64,000 nt of DNA from a virus. The position numbers and the translations under genes are program-made. The DNA is taken from the UHGV virus genome UHGV-0279745; one strand, given 5' to 3'. Positions within the stretch are counted from its first letter, which is position 1. Each line of letters starts with the position of its first letter. The notes under the pieces are model-generated. The model did no database searches. It saw nothing but the letters and a program-made list of their open reading frames with translations, and was not told the DNA's origin. Positions 58,816 to 64,000 of this stretch are shown one piece after another.

Positions 58816-59544
58816 GTGAGTGCGATTGAAACAGCCCGTCGTGACCCTACTAAGGTTCATGCGGACTTGGTAAATAACGGCACGGTCACCACTACCAAAG
58901 GGGGATGTTACATTTACATCCCCGTTGGGTTTGTGGCGAAAGAGTTGGCGGTTATTTCTTCTACGGTAACAATTGTAGGGATCTTTGCGATTTCTACCGA
59001 CCGTAAAACATATGGGGTGTCCAGCGTTACAACGCTTATGGAGATTACCCCAACGGCGTTTGAAGAGATCGACGTCTTTGGTGTTCCTTATTACGAATTT
59101 CGTTTTGATCCCGGTACAGTGGTTTTCCCCAACCGCAATTTACAGGTGTTGTCTCACCCTATTTACAACATTGCGTCGTATATTTACGACTTTGGTAATC
59201 GTCCTTTCTGGTTTACTGCAGCGGATGATGCTGAACTCTTGGCACCTGATAAAGTCAAGAAATGGAACGGTTTTACTGTATTTGCCGATCAGATTACCGC
59301 TGACGTTTACGCAGCACACACACAGCGTAAAGTAGGTGATCCGAGAACGTTCTTCCGTTACACGCTGAAGAAAGATAGCGATCTTAACAACCCTGTGCAG
59401 TTTATTCCATTGCGCAGTGGTTCACTTAACAAAACGTCGAGACTGGCGAAGCTTGCGGACGTGGAACTTAAACGTGGTATTCGTTCTGCGCTACAGGTTG
59501 ACCCGGTGCGTGCCGAACCGCTCGAAGATTTGTTTATGAGGTAA
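58816..59544 (+). CDS. hypothetical protein
   Basis: GTG 58816 with AGGAGG RBS (58810 GTG is too close to the RBS). Confidence 0.55.
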   Translation: MSAIETARRDPTKVHADLVNNGTVTTTKGGCYIYIPVGFVAKELAVISSTVTIVGIFAISTDRKTYGVSSVTTLMEITPTAFEEIDVFGVPYYEFRFDPGTVVFPNRNLQVLSHPIYNIASYIYDFGNRPFWFTAADDAELLAPDKVKKWNGFTVFADQITADVYAAHTQRKVGDPRTFFRYTLKKDSDLNNPVQFIPLRSGSLNKTSRLAKLADVELKRGIRSALQVDPVRAEPLEDLFMR

Positions 59545-59575
59545 TCTTACCTTTTACTTTTACTCGGGGAAAACA

Positions 59576-60379
59576 ATGGACAATTTAACACTGCGTTACA
59601 ACTGCGTAGCGTTAGCCGGTGTTAACGCTCCAGCCACACTGGAGAAAGACGCGGATGGTTATTACCGCGTACTATTGGGTGCTTTGAATATCTTTAACTC
59701 GGAAGGGATTTTTTACGCCTATAACGAGTCTAAGCACGTATTCGAACGCTCGAACATCTTTATGCGTAAAGTGAAAGCAGGGAATCTGTTCGGGGAAGAA
59801 GATCACCCGGCACCAGAACCCGGTATGACCGAAGCGCAATGGATCGATCGCAACGAATGGATTGAGACGAAAAACGTCTGTATGCACATTCGTGAAGTTG
59901 AAGTGATTCCAACCGACCAAACCTGTAACGGGTTACCGGTTATGGAAATCTGGGGCTGGGTTAAGCCGAACCGCGAACGTGGTCCGTACTTAGCAGAAGC
60001 ACTCGAAAACCCACACCAGAACGTGTGTTTCTCTCTGCGTGCAATCGTACGTGAAGGTTATGTAGGTGGTGTGAAAACACGTCGCCTGGATCGCCTGGTA
60101 ACGTTTGACTGGGTTATCGAAGACGGGTTGCAGATTTGTAACAAATACTCTGCGATTCAACGCGGTAGTAAAGTGGCTCAAGAATCCACACGCGTTCTGT
60201 TGGACCGTCGCGTCTCTCTCCAGGCGCTGGAGGACATTCTGCGAAATCCTAACACCACGTCTACCATCGCGACAGAATCTCGTCGTGGTGAAGTTCGTGC
60301 GTTAGCGCAGGAGTACCTGGCCATCGCTAATAAGAAAACTAACCTGCGTGTTATGGGTTTAGGTAACGGGAAGTGGTAA
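59576..60379 (+). CDS. hypothetical protein
   Basis: ORF track. Confidence 0.6.
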   Translation: MDNLTLRYNCVALAGVNAPATLEKDADGYYRVLLGALNIFNSEGIFYAYNESKHVFERSNIFMRKVKAGNLFGEEDHPAPEPGMTEAQWIDRNEWIETKNVCMHIREVEVIPTDQTCNGLPVMEIWGWVKPNRERGPYLAEALENPHQNVCFSLRAIVREGYVGGVKTRRLDRLVTFDWVIEDGLQICNKYSAIQRGSKVAQESTRVLLDRRVSLQALEDILRNPNTTSTIATESRRGEVRALAQEYLAIANKKTNLRVMGLGNGKW

Positions 60380-61018
60380 ATGGCTGATACTATTGAACCT
60401 TCGTTGGTGAAGTGGTTAGAGCAACAACTGCCGCGCACCGCAAAGAAAGTTTCTTTGAAAAAGTTAGATAGCGCCCCGTTGCATATCAGCGATCGAAAGA
60501 TTTCGGTTTTCACGCCTCGGATTCCTTATAGCGTTTACAGAGACGAAGACAAAACGGTACCCCGTATTTGCTGCTCTGTCGATTTAGAACGTTGCCTGCG
60601 TGGTGTCCGTCGCTACTTTACACCTGCGGAAACCGCAACCGCCGTGCCACGTTTTTATCTGTATGGGTTCGACGAACGTGATGTTGTACAGCCCTCGATA
60701 GAACTGTCGGCTGAACCCTACCGCGCTAATGAAGTGTGGATTGTTCCTCACCGCTTATCGAACTGGGAAATTAAACCCAGTTTAGTCGGTGAACTGCGTT
60801 TAGTTCGACTGGCAAACAACGGATACACCCACACGTTAGCAGTAGCGCTTAACCAAGACGTTCGTTTGAATGCTAACCAGCTATTAAAAGGTGGTTCATT
60901 CTACGAACTTACTGTAACGTGTAGTGAACGGGAACCTCAGATTACGATTTCTGATGCAAAAGAAATCTCTCGGGGTATTTTTGACGCTGCGTTAAACGAA
61001 TACACTGTAACTCCATAA
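60380..61018 (+). CDS. hypothetical protein
   Basis: ORF track; abuts upstream stop. Confidence 0.6.
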   Translation: MADTIEPSLVKWLEQQLPRTAKKVSLKKLDSAPLHISDRKISVFTPRIPYSVYRDEDKTVPRICCSVDLERCLRGVRRYFTPAETATAVPRFYLYGFDERDVVQPSIELSAEPYRANEVWIVPHRLSNWEIKPSLVGELRLVRLANNGYTHTLAVALNQDVRLNANQLLKGGSFYELTVTCSEREPQITISDAKEISRGIFDAALNEYTVTP

Positions 61019-61067
61019 TCGCCCAGTTCATGGTCTGCAACCCGAATTTGTCGATTGTGAGGGAAGC

Positions 61068-61367
61068 ATGAAAGTGGTTAACATTGCCATACCTCCGACT
61101 TTGCAAACTTTAACGCCTGAGGAATTGAAAGCACTAACAATCTATGCCGTTCAAGAGCATGCTGGAAAGGAAGTGCTTTCTTCGATACTCGCTGAACGTT
61201 TTGACACCAAACGTAAAGTCAACAACATTGTCGCAGGTATTTCACAACAAGATATCGCGAAATTTTATTGCGATGTGCGTCAAGCCGGTACCGAAATCGA
61301 CTTTACACGTACTTACCTCTTGTTAACTGAACCGTTTCGGTTCATTCTTTCGATTAAGCAGTCCTAA
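61068..61367 (+). CDS. hypothetical protein
   Basis: ORF track. Confidence 0.55.
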   Translation: MKVVNIAIPPTLQTLTPEELKALTIYAVQEHAGKEVLSSILAERFDTKRKVNNIVAGISQQDIAKFYCDVRQAGTEIDFTRTYLLLTEPFRFILSIKQS

Positions 61368-61433
61368 TTTTTTTATTTTACAATTTCTACCGTTATTGTG
61401 TCGGAGGAACTTCTACAAAAAGGATAATCAAAA

Positions 61434-61985
61434 ATGTTCAATTTAGATAGTGACGGCGTGTTCGCGAGTTGGCGTAAATACGTGTTGACCCACCACTTTC
61501 AAGGAATGTCCATACAAGAATTTCATGGAATGCCGGAATTGCACCGCCGTGCACTGGTCCGGGAAATGTATTTAAAGGACCCGGATCTTTTCTATAAACT
61601 AGACCCTATACCCGAGGCTGCAAAAATCCTCGAAACGGTAGAAAGTCTGGGGGAATGCTGGGCGATATTAACGTCGGGTTCGGAAGACCATTTCGATCAC
61701 GACCGTGTTGTTGAGTGTAAAAAATTATTCTTCGAGAAACACTTTGGTGTGCCTGGTCACAAAGTTATCGTAACCACAAGCTCTGCAGAAAAAGCGACTT
61801 ACGCTGATAAGGGGAGATTGTTAGTGGATGACTATGGCCGGAATTGCCGTGAGTGGGTGTTAAAGAACGGGACCGCGATCTATACGCGGACGGATGAGCC
61901 TGACGTTGACGCCATTTGCCGACAACTCAGAACATTCGCAGAAAATCCCTTCGAATACTCAGGTCAGATTTTGTGCGTGCAGTAA
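61434..61985 (+). CDS. HAD-superfamily 5'(3')-deoxyribonucleotidase-like protein (putative)
   Basis: N-terminal FNLDSDGVF matches the HAD motif I (DxDGV) as found in NT5C-type nucleotidases. Confidence 0.45.
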   Translation: MFNLDSDGVFASWRKYVLTHHFQGMSIQEFHGMPELHRRALVREMYLKDPDLFYKLDPIPEAAKILETVESLGECWAILTSGSEDHFDHDRVVECKKLFFEKHFGVPGHKVIVTTSSAEKATYADKGRLLVDDYGRNCREWVLKNGTAIYTRTDEPDVDAICRQLRTFAENPFEYSGQILCVQ

Positions 61986-61992
61986 AACCATT

Positions 61993-62036
61993 CGGCTAGT
62001 CTATTCATCGAATAGACTAGCCCACCTTTATTTTAA
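61993..62036 (+). terminator. intrinsic terminator
   Basis: gctagtctattc-atcg-gaatagactagc 12-bp stem plus T-run. Confidence 0.7.
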
Positions 62037-62055
62037 CCCTATTGAAAATTATCTT

Positions 62056-62077
62056 AGATATATTTTACTTAGGTGAG
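62056..62077 (+). promoter_or_regulatory. candidate early-type phage promoter element, copy 3 (agatatattttacttaggtgag)
   Basis: Same motif and same terminator-promoter-gene arrangement as copy 2. Confidence 0.4.
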
Positions 62078-62128
62078 CGTTGTAGAATTACACGCTATTC
62101 GACTGTTTAACCTAAAGGAGTATTAAGA

Positions 62129-62518
62129 ATGAAAAACGAATTATTTAAAGACCCGTTTGTTGTATTAATGATTTCTACTCGTGCTATCACACGTCAAGAT
62201 GACCTGGAACGATTAATTACAGATGAAACTTATCTGTGCGAGCAACGTGACAAACTACTGAACAAAGAATGTTCTTGTGAAGATATCGGTCCTCTAGTGA
62301 CTATCGTCCATAACCCAGAGTGGCGTAGAAACAACGAATTGTCTGATATCTTGAGTGTTTCGCTTGCAAAACTGGCAATGTTGTTCTCTCTCGATAAAGA
62401 CCTTAAACAATGTCTTACTACGCCAGAGCGCATCAAAATGTTTGAAGGCATTCGGGAATCAGTTAAACAAATTAACGCTATCAAAAGCAATTGGATACTC
62501 TCTAGCGTAGGTAGCTAA
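62129..62518 (+). CDS. hypothetical early protein, dispersed paralog of the 4661 gene
   Basis: RBS cctaaaggagtattaaga; first 44 nt of CDS identical to 4661..4704; protein similar along full length. Confidence 0.7.
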   Translation: MKNELFKDPFVVLMISTRAITRQDDLERLITDETYLCEQRDKLLNKECSCEDIGPLVTIVHNPEWRRNNELSDILSVSLAKLAMLFSLDKDLKQCLTTPERIKMFEGIRESVKQINAIKSNWILSSVGS

Positions 62519-62519
62519 G

Positions 62520-62909
62520 ATGGAATGGCCAAAAGAACTTATCAAAGTCTGTCGTGACCCCTTCACCTTATGGATTCTGTGTAGCTTACGTCGTGATGAC
62601 AGATTCTATACTTTCGTAACAGACCCACAAGCACTTGAGCTCCACGTAAAACGCGTTGAGGCGCATTTAGAGACGTTAAAAGAGGAAAGCAATACCATCG
62701 TACCTAAAGATGCGTTTTTGTGCCGTATGGCGTCTCCTAAGTGGCGTGAAGCGCATCGACTAAAAGCACCTACGCTCCCGGATATGGTGCAAGAGCTTGC
62801 AAGGGTAGTAAGCGCTGACCATATCCTTTATCGAAACATTATCCAAGAACCTGACGATTGGAAAAACCATCGTATTCTGTTGGCACGCTGTCAGTTCACA
62901 TTCTCTTAA
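62520..62909 (+). CDS. hypothetical protein
   Basis: ORF track. Confidence 0.55.
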   Translation: MEWPKELIKVCRDPFTLWILCSLRRDDRFYTFVTDPQALELHVKRVEAHLETLKEESNTIVPKDAFLCRMASPKWREAHRLKAPTLPDMVQELARVVSADHILYRNIIQEPDDWKNHRILLARCQFTFS

Positions 62910-62930
62910 TCGACTTGTAAGGTATTATCA

Positions 62931-63602
62931 ATGGAAGCTACTGAAATTAATAAATTCTGGGAACGTGTACTTAGCCACTTCCGCGATTTCTATCGCTATA
63001 CCGATAGCGCACATCGACTAGACCACATTCTTTCTGTGAAGTCGAACGCTGTTCGTATCGCTTACCTGTTGAACGAAACTCAACACTTAAAGAATGTTCT
63101 GGTTGCTGTGGCAGCGCACGATATTTTCTCCACACCTGCTGACCGTGCCTCCCACCACATCAAAGCATTCAATTACGTGCTTGATTCTGCACCTATTCTC
63201 AGACGTCGCTTTAAACTTACCTCCGACGATGTAACCGAGGTAGCGTATGCAGTATTAGAACATCGGAGTTCCCACAAAGGTGGTTATAATTCCATTGTTT
63301 CTGAAATTGTCGCTGCCGCCGATCGCGGTATCCCTACCGTCGAAGAAGTTAAAAATTACATGCACCGCTCTTACTTATACGCACGTGACCATGGAAAATC
63401 CGTTACCGATTCAAAATTCCATGCAATCAGTCACGTGCAAAATAAGTTCGGTCGTAATGGTAAATCTCGTGTTCCTGATTGGTATAACGCATTGTTTGCG
63501 AAAGAAATCTTGGAACGCCAAGAGTACGTTGAAATGCTCGACTTAGCGTATTTCACCGACGAAATCATCACTGGCTTAGAAAGCCGTCTTCAACAACAGT
63601 AA
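62931..63602 (+). CDS. hypothetical protein, possible HD-domain phosphohydrolase
   Basis: ORF track; H...HD pattern (AHRLDH ... VAAHDIF); weak. Confidence 0.5.
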   Translation: MEATEINKFWERVLSHFRDFYRYTDSAHRLDHILSVKSNAVRIAYLLNETQHLKNVLVAVAAHDIFSTPADRASHHIKAFNYVLDSAPILRRRFKLTSDDVTEVAYAVLEHRSSHKGGYNSIVSEIVAAADRGIPTVEEVKNYMHRSYLYARDHGKSVTDSKFHAISHVQNKFGRNGKSRVPDWYNALFAKEILERQEYVEMLDLAYFTDEIITGLESRLQQQ

Positions 63603-63621
63603 ACCTTAAGGAATAAATCAA

Positions 63622-64000
63622 ATGGCACAAGTAATGTCTACTAAAGAACTGGCTGCAATGATCGACGCGCTGGAAACTCCGGCAATGACTCTGGACGAAA
63701 GCGCGGTACTTAACGCAGACCCGTTAATCAAAATCTACGAAGAATCACTTCCGGTCATCAAAGTGAACGACACCGATTATCGTCTAACGCTACAGGATGC
63801 GGATGCGGTTCGCCAACACGATGCGAACTTCCTGGAAGTCTACGGTAAGGTTGCATCAGAACTTATCGTTGAGAAAGCGAAAGCAGACGACGAACTGGTC
63901 GCACTGGACCTTACCACGAATATTGGTAATGCGTCGTTCTCTACGGTGTTCTCACGTCCAACTGGGGAAACAGTAGGGGCGTCTGAATGGGCAGCTTCTA
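63622..64000 (+). CDS. hypothetical protein, 5' part only (runs off window end)
   Basis: ATG with AAGGAA RBS; open frame to the end of the window; not in ORF track because truncated. Confidence 0.5.
   Translation, partial: MAQVMSTKELAAMIDALETPAMTLDESAVLNADPLIKIYEESLPVIKVNDTDYRLTLQDADAVRQHDANFLEVYGKVASELIVEKAKADDELVALDLTTNIGNASFSTVFSRPTGETVGASEWAAS

Noticed and set aside
1-64000. CRISPR arrays, rRNA, integrase/transposase, tRNA genes
   Set aside because: No regularly spaced direct repeats, no rRNA-like stretches and no recombinase motifs seen; non-coding gaps are mostly too short for tRNAs, though a tRNA scan was not possible by eye.

Overview
The window reads as a densely packed, mostly plus-strand segment of a large lytic bacteriophage genome, with about 85 protein-coding genes separated by short gaps and many hairpin plus T-run terminators. 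I saw no rRNA, CRISPR array, integrase or transposase; tRNAs cannot be excluded by eye. Recognisable products are an SbcC/Rad50-like ATPase with a CxxC zinc hook, a DnaQ-like exonuclease, an RNase HI-domain protein, a RecA/UvsX-like ATPase, a thymidylate synthase carrying two insertions, a MazG-like pyrophosphohydrolase, an NT5C/HAD-like nucleotidase, a GNAT acetyltransferase, a macro-like protein and a secreted lytic transglycosylase. A minus-strand block (41250..51174) encodes a 2374-aa protein with transmembrane segments and a C-terminal lytic-transglycosylase domain. It sits divergent to a gene carrying a DYDGD motif typical of the beta-prime subunit of multisubunit RNA polymerases. Together with three copies of an AT-rich AGATATATATTAC-type promoter element, this suggests (inference, not verified) a phiKZ-like jumbo phage of an enterobacterial host. 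Most genes are of unknown function. The most interesting candidates for undescribed systems are a four-gene tandem paralog family (602..3939), a cluster of five small secreted cysteine-containing proteins (5079..7281), a tandem paralog pair with a basic Trp-rich C-terminal motif (25126..26976), and a dispersed duplicated early gene under the repeated promoter (4661 and 62129). All calls rest on reading the sequence and ORF translations; no database search was run.
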